Origin: Candidatus Omnitrophota bacterium
GTDB lineage: Bacteria > Omnitrophota > Gorgyraeia > B26-G9
Assembly: GCA_018817165.1 (NCBI GenBank)
Contig: JAHITY010000088.1
Coordinates: 2,866 to 66,865, forward strand
Reading direction: 5' to 3'
DNA: 64,000 nt
Positions 38,087-48,022 of the stretch are shown here, piece after piece. Both the position numbers and the translations under genes were made by a program. Below the pieces are notes generated by a model that saw only the letters and a program-made list of their open reading frames with translations, was not told where the DNA came from and did not search any database. The first letter of the stretch is position 1. Each line of letters opens with the position of its first letter.

Positions 38087-40300
38087 TTATCGCACATTTT
38101 CCTGCGTGCCCCAAATCAGCAAATATTCTTTTGCTTTCTGAGCATCCTTATCATTAGGTGCCAGAGCAAGATAGTGCTTAAAATGGGAAATCGCTTTTAA
38201 TTCATCGACTAAATAACGAGAATATATAATCCCCAGATTATAATGTGTGCTCGCATCCCGATCATTGAATTTTAAAGCTTTTCTAAACTCAGATACAGCT
38301 TGGGTGTATTCCTGACGTTGAGAATGAAAAACTCCTAAATTATAATGCAATGAAGAATTCTCTAAACGTAAATCACTTGTTTCTTTTTCTAACTTTGATA
38401 ATCTTTCCGGCATGGCTTTAAGCTGTAGCTCAAAATTTTTATTCTGATTATTCAAATCACTTATATTCTTTTTTAGCTCATCAACCGTGTCAGAATATTT
38501 AGCCAATAATCCGATCTGCTGCTCATCCTTCTTCTGCCATTCCCGTTCCTTTTTATAAAAATTCTGAACTTTTTTAGCTAAACTGTCTTTATCTTTTTCC
38601 AGCTTTACGTGTACTTCCTGGAGCGCCGCAAACTTGATTTTATTATCTTCCAGCTGATTTAAATAATTCTCCCTATCTTTATTCGAAAGATCGTTTTTCT
38701 TTTCCAGTTCACCGGCAAGACCGCGAAATTCTTTTAATTCCTCGCTAAGTTTATTTTTATTTTCCTCTAATTTCAGAAGGTAGCTTTGCTCTTTTTCTTG
38801 GATCATCTGCTCAGTAAGAGTTAGCTTTTTATCTTTATCTTCAACTTGTTTTTTATAATCCGCTACCAATGAAAGCAATTCAAGATTTTCATTAGCCATC
38901 TTATTATTCTTTGATTTTAAGCTGGTCAGTTCTTCGTAGGACTTATTTAAAATCTTATTAAGATTTGTAAACTCTGTTTTTAAAAAGTCAATCTCATCAT
39001 TAGCCACCTGAATGCTTCCAGAATCACTTGGAGTAAGTCCTTGCCCGGTACCGGTTTGTTTACCATCTAAACTAATAAGTTTAAGCAAAAGCTGTTTTTT
39101 CTCATTTACTAATTTATCATTTTGATTAATAAGATCTTCATTCCTTTTTTTAATATCCAAAACATTTTCTTCCAAACTCTTTTTATTTTCAGATATCAAC
39201 ATTTTATATTCTGCTCTTTGATGCAAAAGCTCCTCATCCTTTTGTTTGATCAAAGCTTTTTGACTGATTAGCTGCGCGTCTTTTTCCTTGGTCTGCTGAA
39301 TAAAAGATTCCATATCAGTTTCATACTGTTCTTTCTGCTGATTAAAATCTTTGCTGCCATCCTGAAGCTTGGCCAGCTCTTCTTTTAAAGCTTTTTCCCT
39401 TTGTATATATTTTTCAGTATAATAGCGTTCCATACCCTTTAATTCTTCTTGGGTAACTCCCAGCTGCTTTTCTTTTTCTGCCAGCTGTTTTCTGGTTTCA
39501 TCAAGCTTTTGCTGATAATCCTTACTATCTGCCTCTATTTGCTGATTGCGATTAACAATTGTCTCGCTTTCCTTTTTTGCCAACACTAATTCATCTTTTA
39601 AAGTTTTTTCTTTTTGCTGCATTGCCTCAACCTGTTTAATAGTTTCTTTGGTTAAGTTAGTCACTTGTTCATTAAAAGCTTTTTCTTTTTTATCCAGCTT
39701 GTCTTTAAGCGCTAAAATTTGCTCTTGCTGAGCTTGATGTTCTTTAGCATATTTTTGCTCTGATTCTTGGATTTTCCGATTCTCTTCTTTAAGTGATTCA
39801 ACCAGCTTACTTAATTGCGTAACTTGCTCTGTTTCCTTTTGAGATTTTTGCGAATAATATAACTCTTTCTTTTCAGAATCTTCCTTTAACCTATTATAAT
39901 TATCTTTAAGTTCCGCCTTATTTTCTTCCAAAGTGCTGATTGCCGCTTGGGCCTTAGTAAACAGCTGATCGACATTATTAAGCTGCTGCCTTAAAGAAGT
40001 GATTTCGCCTTCTTTAGCGGCTACAGCTTGTTCTTTTAGCGCCAGCTGTTCACTAAGAAAATCATGTTTTGACTTAACTTGCTCATACTGATTGCTCAGA
40101 TCTTCATAAGCCTGTTGTTTAGCTTTTAGATCTTTTGCTAAAACCCCCATGTCTTTAGCAATTTTCTCAACCACATTCGATACTTCCATTGAAGCATCCT
40201 GCGCTTGAGACACTGAGCCGATATTAAGACTCAAAGCAAAAATCAGTGCAAAGATAAGCCCCCTACTTCCCACGATTCCTCGCCAATGAAAATTTTTCAT
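38087..40300 (-). CDS. Secreted coiled-coil protein with C-terminal TPR repeats, paralog 1 (737 aa)
   Basis: A signal peptide, a long coiled coil, and a C-terminal TPR block homologous to that of 35291..36265. Confidence 0.55.
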   Translation of the reverse strand: MKNFHWRGIVGSRGLIFALIFALSLNIGSVSQAQDASMEVSNVVEKIAKDMGVLAKDLKAKQQAYEDLSNQYEQVKSKHDFLSEQLALKEQAVAAKEGEITSLRQQLNNVDQLFTKAQAAISTLEENKAELKDNYNRLKEDSEKKELYYSQKSQKETEQVTQLSKLVESLKEENRKIQESEQKYAKEHQAQQEQILALKDKLDKKEKAFNEQVTNLTKETIKQVEAMQQKEKTLKDELVLAKKESETIVNRNQQIEADSKDYQQKLDETRKQLAEKEKQLGVTQEELKGMERYYTEKYIQREKALKEELAKLQDGSKDFNQQKEQYETDMESFIQQTKEKDAQLISQKALIKQKDEELLHQRAEYKMLISENKKSLEENVLDIKKRNEDLINQNDKLVNEKKQLLLKLISLDGKQTGTGQGLTPSDSGSIQVANDEIDFLKTEFTNLNKILNKSYEELTSLKSKNNKMANENLELLSLVADYKKQVEDKDKKLTLTEQMIQEKEQSYLLKLEENKNKLSEELKEFRGLAGELEKKNDLSNKDRENYLNQLEDNKIKFAALQEVHVKLEKDKDSLAKKVQNFYKKEREWQKKDEQQIGLLAKYSDTVDELKKNISDLNNQNKNFELQLKAMPERLSKLEKETSDLRLENSSLHYNLGVFHSQRQEYTQAVSEFRKALKFNDRDASTHYNLGIIYSRYLVDELKAISHFKHYLALAPNDKDAQKAKEYLLIWGTQENVR

Positions 40301-40302
40301 TT

Positions 40303-42114
40303 TTAATCCTCTTTTTGGTCTTTAATCAAAGTTCTTTGGTATGGTTTAAAACTTTTAATTTCCATTCCGCCAAAATCACTTGCCGGTGGCGGCGGTAAAT
40401 AGCTTTCCTGCTCTTCCTTAATTCTATCCACCTGTTCATAATCCTGAAACGATTTTATCCCGGGAGCCCCGATAACATCACCTTGCGCGGCAACCAATGC
40501 CTCACCGCTGATAATCGTGGGCGTAATCATAATTAATAATTCTGTAACATTTTTAACATCGCTTGATTTCTGAAATAAAAGGCCGATAATCGGGATGCTG
40601 CTGATAAACGGAACTCTTTGCTTTATCTGTACTTTCTCTTCCCGGCGCAAACCGCCGATAACAAGCGTTGCCCCATCTTTAACCAATGCCGTTGTTTCCG
40701 CTAATGAAGTGTCTACTATTGGGATTTGATTGCCTGTAGGGGTAACTAATGTTTCTAATACGCTGCTGACTTCCGTCTTTAATTTTAAGTCAATAAAGCC
40801 ATCTTCATTAATCCGCGGAACAACATCCATTTGAATACCAATATCAATAAATTGCACATCTTCCGATATTGTACTAGTTGATTGTCCGGAAGTAGTAGTT
40901 GTGGTTACATATGCCTCACGCGCTCCAACGTGAATTCTTGCTTCTTGATTATTGGTTACCGCGATCTTAGGATTAGAAAGCAGCTTAGACGACGTAACTG
41001 TCTGGATATAAGTTAATACCATGTCCAGATCATTGCCGCCGATAATTCCGAGATGCAGACCGTCCAATCCAACCATTGCGCTGCTGCTGTTATACACTGA
41101 TGTTGTCCCGCTAAACGGATATGAACCTACATTTCCCACATCTTCATAAACTTGTCTGCGCGAACGCCAATCAGCAGTTGCTGAGCCAACCGAAGTAAAC
41201 GGAGCTGATCCAAGATAAGTCAAGCTATTCGAATCAGAAGCCGCGTCAAATAAGCCTTCCCATTCAACCCCTTTATCTGTCCCATCTGAAATTTTAGATT
41301 TTACAATCTTAATATCAATTAAAACTTCTTTTGTTTTTTGATCCAAAGCCTTGATTAATTCTTCTATTTCTTCCATTCTTTTGGGAAAAGTCTGGACAAT
41401 AACCTGATTAAGCCGTTCATCAGCTTTAATTGATCCGACTTTTTTACCGGAAAGCCTGTGACTTAAAGTTTCTTCTACACTCTTCGCTTTAGCATAATTC
41501 AAGGTAAATATCTTTACAATATTCTTTTTTTCAAATTGGCTGAGCAGTTCCTCCATCCGCGCAAGATTCGATGGAGAATCCATGCATAGAATATTCCCTG
41601 ATTCCTGATCAACCAATATTCTGCCTACATCACTTTTAACTGCTTCCAATAAATTAAAAGCCTGTTCCGGAATCGCGTAATCAAGATGAAAAACTTTTAC
41701 CTTGCGGATATCGAAAAAATTCTTACCATAAAGCACTGCGTATTCCTGCTGCGTCATAACATTATAAATATCGCCGACCTTATCATAGGCCAAACCATTT
41801 GAACGAAGCATAATATCAAAGACATCCTGCACGGGAACTGACTCAACGACCAGCGTTATCCGCCCGGCAACAGATTTTGTGGTTACGATATTAAGCCCGC
41901 TTTTCAATGAAAAATATTTCAAAGCATCATTGATATCGATTTTTCTCAAATCCAAGGAAATAACACCATCAACACCTTTACTCAAAACCGCGATCTTAGG
42001 CTGCGGCGGGGCAATCAAAGGCGTTGAAGCCCCGGCATCTTGCGCCCAGCCGGATTTAAAATTAATCAGGATAAAAACTGCAATTAAACTAACCGCAATC
42101 TGTTTTTTACTCAT
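40303..42114 (-). CDS. Secretin (GspD/PilQ/MshL family), paralog 1
   Basis: The same domain set as 36258..38075, at about 55-60% identity by eye. Confidence 0.85.
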   Translation of the reverse strand: MSKKQIAVSLIAVFILINFKSGWAQDAGASTPLIAPPQPKIAVLSKGVDGVISLDLRKIDINDALKYFSLKSGLNIVTTKSVAGRITLVVESVPVQDVFDIMLRSNGLAYDKVGDIYNVMTQQEYAVLYGKNFFDIRKVKVFHLDYAIPEQAFNLLEAVKSDVGRILVDQESGNILCMDSPSNLARMEELLSQFEKKNIVKIFTLNYAKAKSVEETLSHRLSGKKVGSIKADERLNQVIVQTFPKRMEEIEELIKALDQKTKEVLIDIKIVKSKISDGTDKGVEWEGLFDAASDSNSLTYLGSAPFTSVGSATADWRSRRQVYEDVGNVGSYPFSGTTSVYNSSSAMVGLDGLHLGIIGGNDLDMVLTYIQTVTSSKLLSNPKIAVTNNQEARIHVGAREAYVTTTTTSGQSTSTISEDVQFIDIGIQMDVVPRINEDGFIDLKLKTEVSSVLETLVTPTGNQIPIVDTSLAETTALVKDGATLVIGGLRREEKVQIKQRVPFISSIPIIGLLFQKSSDVKNVTELLIMITPTIISGEALVAAQGDVIGAPGIKSFQDYEQVDRIKEEQESYLPPPPASDFGGMEIKSFKPYQRTLIKDQKED

Positions 42115-42779
42115 CTAATTTCAACCTCTTCACCTTTATACCGCAAAACAACTCGATCTTTTTGAATATCATAAACTTTAATCTCATCGATCATATACCC
42201 CTTCCGGACAAAGTAGGTTTTATCAATTTCCGGATTTTCAATAATCGCGTCCGGATCATCGCCCCAAGAAATACCGACTAATTTCAGATTCTTTGTCAAT
42301 TCAGAAAGTTTCGAAACTTTATTAATGTCTTCTTCTTTGAAATCAACTTCTTTTCTTTTTGCGTATCCCATTTGAAAAAAATCTCTGACTTCCGCTTTAT
42401 CCAAATAAAACTGCTTTTCTTTTAACAGCGAGCTGATTTCAATTGATTCGCTGACTACATTTGCTTGGGCATCCCGTCCAATAAGCAATGCCGCCTTATC
42501 TGTGCCTTTAATCTCAATCCGGATAAATATTCCTAAAGCAATTATCGCCACCCCAATTACGCATTGCAAAAAAACATTAATCAGTTTTAAATCCTGAAAA
42601 ACACTTTTACCGGCAACCGGCTTAAAACTAAAACTTTCTTTAAAAAAAGCAAATCTCGCCCGCAATGATCCCAGAGAAAGATACTTATTCCCCATTCTAA
42701 TCGGAGAAGGTCTAGAGACATTATCACTTTTCCCCTCAATGATTTCTAATAAACGTTTTTCCGGAGTTTTTTCTGCCAT
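42111..42779 (-). CDS. Membrane protein, possibly secretin-associated (GspB/PilP-like role)
   Basis: A single transmembrane segment (VIGVAIIALGIFI). It sits between the ExeA-like ATPase and the secretin, with a 4-nt overlap. Confidence 0.35.
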   Translation of the reverse strand: MAEKTPEKRLLEIIEGKSDNVSRPSPIRMGNKYLSLGSLRARFAFFKESFSFKPVAGKSVFQDLKLINVFLQCVIGVAIIALGIFIRIEIKGTDKAALLIGRDAQANVVSESIEISSLLKEKQFYLDKAEVRDFFQMGYAKRKEVDFKEEDINKVSKLSELTKNLKLVGISWGDDPDAIIENPEIDKTYFVRKGYMIDEIKVYDIQKDRVVLRYKGEEVEIR

Positions 42780-42793
42780 ATTTTAATCCAAAC

Positions 42794-43654
42794 TCAGGCA
42801 ATTACACTAGGTTGTCTGACCCAATGCAATCCTTGCTGAATTTCTTCTTCTACGATTTCCTTGATTAAATCCTCATCGATCACAAATTTATTTCTCATTA
42901 CCAAGCGCTTTAATGCTTTATGACAAAGCATATTCATTCTCCGCGGATACCCCTTAGTGTTTTGATAAATCGCTCTGATCGCTGTATCTAAAAACAAATG
43001 CATATTCGATTTATACCCAGCCTGGCGAATCCGATATTCGATCATTTTCCGCGCTTCATATTCATCCAAAGGATTTAAAGTGTACTTTAAACTTATCCGG
43101 TCAATAAAATTAGGGATATTTATCAGTTTAGAGTGTAGCTCCATTTGGCCAAGTAAGACTAACTGCAATAATTTATATTCATTTGTTTCATAATTAAGCA
43201 AAACCCGTAAACACTCAAGGGTTAATTCATTCAACTTTTGCGCCTCATCAATGATCAGCACAATAGTCTTACCTTCTTCAACTCCTTTTTGAAATAAAAA
43301 CTTCTCGAGAGCTTCTTTTAAATTTAGAATCCTTGGACCGTCTTTAGCCACTTCAATATCAAAATTTCGAGCAAGTGATGTAAGGAATATCTCTTCATCA
43401 TTATAAACCGGATCAAGCATCATATGACAGATAAATCCTTCTTGTGATTTTATCAACTGATACAGTTTACGACTAAGCGTTGTCTTGCCAGTACCCACAT
43501 CCCCTAAAATAACTCCCAATCCCCGTTTCAACCGCAGCTCAATCATTAAATTAGTTAAAGCCATATCATGCTCGCGGGATTCATAAAAAAACATCGGATC
43601 AGGGCTTGTAGAAAAAGGCTCTTTTTCAAATCCTAAAATCTTATAATAGCTCAT
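42794..43654 (-). CDS. ExeA/GspA/MshM-like AAA ATPase (AAA_22)
   Basis: Walker A GDVGTGKTT, Walker B LIIDEAQ and typical ExeA length and order. Confidence 0.8.
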   Translation of the reverse strand: MSYYKILGFEKEPFSTSPDPMFFYESREHDMALTNLMIELRLKRGLGVILGDVGTGKTTLSRKLYQLIKSQEGFICHMMLDPVYNDEEIFLTSLARNFDIEVAKDGPRILNLKEALEKFLFQKGVEEGKTIVLIIDEAQKLNELTLECLRVLLNYETNEYKLLQLVLLGQMELHSKLINIPNFIDRISLKYTLNPLDEYEARKMIEYRIRQAGYKSNMHLFLDTAIRAIYQNTKGYPRRMNMLCHKALKRLVMRNKFVIDEDLIKEIVEEEIQQGLHWVRQPSVIA

Positions 43655-43802
43655 AGAATCTCCTTAAAAAATAAAAAGCCATGCCTTATGCGCAAACACA
43701 TAAAACACAGCTTTAAATTTTTTATTAAAAGATTAAACAATCTCTTAAAATCCATTTTAAAAATCCTCTTCCATGATAATTCAGTACTAAAAAATTACAA
43801 AC

Positions 43803-44033
43803 CTAAGCATTATCCAACATTTTAGCGATAATCTTCAAAGGATATCCTTTACCCTTTAATTCATCGATTTTATTCAAGTTATTTTCTACTTCAACAGCTC
43901 GATAAAAACGCTTATTGCCAAAACCTCTGATTCTAATAGCATTAAGCAATCCAAAATTTGTATAGTGATTCAATGTCTGGTAAGATATATTATACTTTCT
44001 TACCACATCCATAGCAGTTATATTTTCTTCCAT
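43803..44033 (-). CDS. Small MerR-family HTH protein. The start is probably M44 of the track ORF.
   Basis: An HTH MDVVRKYNISYQTLNHYTNFGLL. Confidence 0.45.
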   Translation of the reverse strand: MEENITAMDVVRKYNISYQTLNHYTNFGLLNAIRIRGFGNKRFYRAVEVENNLNKIDELKGKGYPLKIIAKMLDNA

Positions 44034-44250
44034 TTTGACCTCGTAATTTGTAAAAACAGCAAATCCATTTTCATACAAACACACCCATCCTGGGAAAGGC
44101 TGGAATATTTTTTGCAAAAATATGAATAAAAAACACGCATTTAAACATTTTGATAATAGCATATATGGTAACTATTGTCAAGTGATATAGCCCACAATAA
44201 ACCTACTGATTTTAAATACAAAAATATCGATTTTTAAAAGCTCCAAAACT

Positions 44251-44751
44251 TTAAATCCAGCCAATTATCGACAAAGCGCAAATTGTCTTTGCATCCACTA
44301 TCTTGCCTTGTTTAAATAATTTTTTGATTTGTTCTTTTGTGTATATACTGCTCTTAATTATTTCATCTTTTTCCAGCTGTTTCTCAGAAAAGCTCAAATC
44401 CTCAGCAGTAAAAAATATGATCTTTTCCGTGGAATAGCCCGGACAAGGATAAATTTGGCCTATTTTCTTGATTTTTTTGGCAGTATACCCTGTCTCTTCG
44501 ATAAGTTCGCGCTTAGCACAACAAACAGCTGCTTCATTTACTTCCAAAGTTCCTGCTGGTAATTCGTATAAATATTGTTCGATCACCGGGCGATACTGCC
44601 GCAGCATAATTATTTTATTTTTATTTACTAACGGAACTATCAGCACTGCCCCGGGATGCTTGACTATTTCAAGATTTATAATTTCTAAATTAGGTAATCG
44701 CGTTTTTTTCGTAAAAACCTTGATCAACCTTCCCTCAAATTTGTTTTTCAT
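44251..44751 (-). CDS. NUDIX hydrolase (ADP-ribose pyrophosphatase-like)
   Basis: Nudix box GTLEVNEAAVCCAKRELIEETG. Confidence 0.8.
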   Translation of the reverse strand: MKNKFEGRLIKVFTKKTRLPNLEIINLEIVKHPGAVLIVPLVNKNKIIMLRQYRPVIEQYLYELPAGTLEVNEAAVCCAKRELIEETGYTAKKIKKIGQIYPCPGYSTEKIIFFTAEDLSFSEKQLEKDEIIKSSIYTKEQIKKLFKQGKIVDAKTICALSIIGWI

Positions 44752-44830
44752 ATTTTCTCCATAAAAAAAGGGGTAGAAAATATTTTCTACCCCTGATGTT
44801 ATTCTTAAACACTAAAAACTACTATTGAGT

Positions 44831-45838
44831 TTAAAGTCCTTTTGACGCGATAAGCTTAACCAAATCAACTACTCTGTTTGAATAACCCCACTCATTATCA
44901 TACCAAGAAAGCACTTTAACCATGCCCACACCGATTTTCATTGTGCTCAAAGCATCAAAAACTGAAGAATGCGAATCTTTGATAACATCAGCAGAAACAA
45001 TCGGATCTTCACAATAAGACAAAATGCCTTTCATTGTTGTCTCAGCAGCGGCTTTAATCGCATTATTAATTTCCTCTACTGAAGCATCTTTCTTTAATTT
45101 CACAACCAAATCAACCAAAGAACCGGTTGGAGTTGGCACGCGGATCGCCAAACCATTTAATTTCCCATTAAGCTCTGGAATAACTAATCCTACTGCCGCA
45201 GCAGCACCAGTTGTTGTTGGAATCATCGAAAGAGCCGCGGCACGCGCTCTTCTTAAATCACTGTGCGGAAAATCAAGAATTACCTGATCATTAGTATAAG
45301 AATGAATTGTAGTCATTAATCCTTCTTCAATACCAAAATGATCATTTAAAACTTTTGCTATCGGCGCCAGACAATTAGTTGTGCATGAAGCGTTAGAAAC
45401 AACAATATCACTTGCTTTAAGGCTGGAATCATTTACCCCTAAAACAATTGTATTATCAATTTTATCTTTTGACGGTACAGTCAAAATTACTTTTTTTGCT
45501 CCGGCTTCAACATGCCACATTGTCTGTTCTTTTGATCTAAACACACCAGTTGACTCAATAACAATATCAACTTTCAACGCTTTCCACGGCAGCTGTTTAG
45601 GATCCTTGATTGCTGAGATTTCAATCTTCTTCCCATCAACAACTATCGCATTTCCGTCTACAGACACCTTCTTATCATATCTTCCGTACACAGAATCATA
45701 CTTCAGCAAATGCGCCAGCGTTTTTGCGTTAGTAAGATCATTGATCGCGACAACCTCGATATCCTTACTTGCCATGGCAATCTTAAAAACATGTCTGCCA
45801 ATTCTTCCAAACCCATTAATTGCTATACGTACTCCCAT
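44831..45838 (-). CDS. gap: Glyceraldehyde-3-phosphate dehydrogenase
   Basis: Carries INGFGRIGR and ASCTTNCLAP. Confidence 0.9.
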   Translation of the reverse strand: MGVRIAINGFGRIGRHVFKIAMASKDIEVVAINDLTNAKTLAHLLKYDSVYGRYDKKVSVDGNAIVVDGKKIEISAIKDPKQLPWKALKVDIVIESTGVFRSKEQTMWHVEAGAKKVILTVPSKDKIDNTIVLGVNDSSLKASDIVVSNASCTTNCLAPIAKVLNDHFGIEEGLMTTIHSYTNDQVILDFPHSDLRRARAAALSMIPTTTGAAAAVGLVIPELNGKLNGLAIRVPTPTGSLVDLVVKLKKDASVEEINNAIKAAAETTMKGILSYCEDPIVSADVIKDSHSSVFDALSTMKIGVGMVKVLSWYDNEWGYSNRVVDLVKLIASKGL

Positions 45839-45885
45839 TATACTGCCTCCTTTCAAATTAACCGATTATTGGCCTGCAGATTTTT

Positions 45886-46887
45886 TTAAACAACCTCTCG
45901 CAACAGCTTTGCAGTTTGTTCTGGTGGGCTGGGATTGATATAAAAACCTGTCCCCCATTCAAAACCAGCAACCCTGGTAAGCTTTGGCAAAATCTGCATA
46001 TGCCAGTGATAAAAACCAAGCTCCTGTTCATGCTGAATAGGAGCAGTGTTAATAATAAAATTAAATGGCGGATCTGTCAAGATTTTTTTCAAACGCCATA
46101 AAACATCTTTCAGCATAGCTGAAAAATCGCATATAAAATCTTCTGAAATACGATAAAAATGGGAAACATGTTTTTTCGGTAAAATCCAGATTTCAAACGG
46201 CGTACAGGAAGCAAAAGGACAAAACGCGACAAAATTTTTATTTTCACAAATCAGCCGATCCCCAGACTCAAGCTCCTGATCAATAATATCACAATAAACA
46301 CAACGTTCTTTAAATCCATAATATTTCTCCGCGCCTCTTAAAGCTTCTTTCATTTTTTTTGGCACGATCGGCAGCGCGATCAATTGAGAATGCGAATGTT
46401 CCAGAGAAGCGCCGGCGCTTTGACCATGGTTTTTAAATATAAGAATATATTGAAAACGGCTATCTTGTTTCAAATCAAGAAAACGTTGTTTATACGCAAA
46501 AATTATTTTAGAAACTTCTTCATTACTAAGATCAGCAATGTCTTTTTGATGATCCGAAGTTTCGATTATTACTTCGTGCGCTCCAATCCCATTCATCTGG
46601 TCATATATCCCAATACCCTGACGATCTAAATCCCCTTCTACCCGCAAAGCCGGAAATTTATTAGCAATAACCCGTAAATTCCACAGAGAATTATTATCTT
46701 GATCCGGGGTTTTATCCACAAATATATCCGGTGGACTTTTATCTTCATTACCCACACAAAAAGGACAAAATTTTCCAAGCTGTTTTGCGCCTACAGACTG
46801 TTCAATATAATCATCAGGAGAAATTTGTTTTTCCTCTTGGACAATTATCCACCGGCCTAATATCGGATCGCGCCTTAACTGCTGCAT
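45886..46887 (-). CDS. galT: Galactose-1-phosphate uridylyltransferase (GalT family, HIT branch III)
   Basis: A CPFC zinc site and an intact H-S-H-S-Q motif. Confidence 0.85.
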   Translation of the reverse strand: MQQLRRDPILGRWIIVQEEKQISPDDYIEQSVGAKQLGKFCPFCVGNEDKSPPDIFVDKTPDQDNNSLWNLRVIANKFPALRVEGDLDRQGIGIYDQMNGIGAHEVIIETSDHQKDIADLSNEEVSKIIFAYKQRFLDLKQDSRFQYILIFKNHGQSAGASLEHSHSQLIALPIVPKKMKEALRGAEKYYGFKERCVYCDIIDQELESGDRLICENKNFVAFCPFASCTPFEIWILPKKHVSHFYRISEDFICDFSAMLKDVLWRLKKILTDPPFNFIINTAPIQHEQELGFYHWHMQILPKLTRVAGFEWGTGFYINPSPPEQTAKLLREVV

Positions 46888-47921
46888 TATTGTTTTTCTC
46901 CCTGCGGATGATTTAAAAACTCAGCCGCTATTTCCGGAGGAGTGGGATTAATATAAAAGCCACTGCCCAATTCAAAACCCGCGACTTTTGTCAGCCGCGG
47001 CATAATCTCGATATGCCAATGATAATCATAATCAATGGTTTTCCAATAACCCGGAGAGGTCATCCGGCGAAAAGGCGCGGTATGAATAATATAATTATAC
47101 GGCGGATCCTGCAATGATACAGACAGCTTGCGCATAACTGATTTCATTATTTTAGCTAACCCTTCAGTATTCTTAAGATTAAAAAAATCCGCGGAATGCT
47201 CTTCCGGTAAAACCCATACTTCAAACGGAAAACGCGAAGCATAAGGCGCGAAAGCGATAAATCCATCTATCCGGTCAACAATCCGCGCTTGTTTTTCAAT
47301 CTCATGCCCAATCATATCGCAGAAAATGCAGCGCTCACGAAATTCATAATAGCGTCTGGCTCCAGCCAGCTCTTCTTTGACTCTTTTCGGATTTACCGGT
47401 AAAGCGATTAACTGCGTACGCGAATGTTTTATGGGACTAGCCCCGGCAACAATCCCGTAGTTTTTAGAAATCAAAACATATTTAATCCGCTCATCTTTTT
47501 CCAATTCCTGCATTCTTTGCACATAAACTTTAAACACTTGATTTATTTGAGCAATATCCAGATCAGCAATATTAGCAATATGCTTGGGCGTTTCCACAAT
47601 CAATTCATGCGCGCCAATGGCATTCATTAAATCATAAATCCCCATTCCTCTGCGTCCCAGATCTCCGCTGTTTTGCATCAAAGGATTTATATTAGGAAGC
47701 ACCCGCACATCCCAATCCGAAGTATTTGCGGATGTCTTTGATTTGCGCACAGCATAAATTTCATCCGGAGTCTCAGCCTCATGTCCTTGGCAAAACAAAC
47801 ATTCTTTTTCAGCACACTGCTCAGAAATTTTTTTAATCACAAGATCATGCGGCCGCTTAGCCCTTTCTGTGGAAATAATAACCCATCTGCCGATAATCGG
47901 ATCTTTTCTTAATTGAGGCAT
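46887..47921 (-). CDS. GalT-family paralog lacking the nucleophilic histidine
   Basis: Colinear with the adjacent galT (MPQLRKDPIIGRW, CLFC zinc site), but the H-x-H-x-Q motif reads H-S-R-T-Q. Confidence 0.7.
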   Translation of the reverse strand: MPQLRKDPIIGRWVIISTERAKRPHDLVIKKISEQCAEKECLFCQGHEAETPDEIYAVRKSKTSANTSDWDVRVLPNINPLMQNSGDLGRRGMGIYDLMNAIGAHELIVETPKHIANIADLDIAQINQVFKVYVQRMQELEKDERIKYVLISKNYGIVAGASPIKHSRTQLIALPVNPKRVKEELAGARRYYEFRERCIFCDMIGHEIEKQARIVDRIDGFIAFAPYASRFPFEVWVLPEEHSADFFNLKNTEGLAKIMKSVMRKLSVSLQDPPYNYIIHTAPFRRMTSPGYWKTIDYDYHWHIEIMPRLTKVAGFELGSGFYINPTPPEIAAEFLNHPQGEKQ

Positions 47922-48022
47922 ATAAAACTCCGTCGTGCGTATCGCGTATAGAGTATTGAGTTTTAAAAAATTGTATTATTTTGCTTTAACGCAATACGCA
48001 TTACTCAATACGCAATACTATT

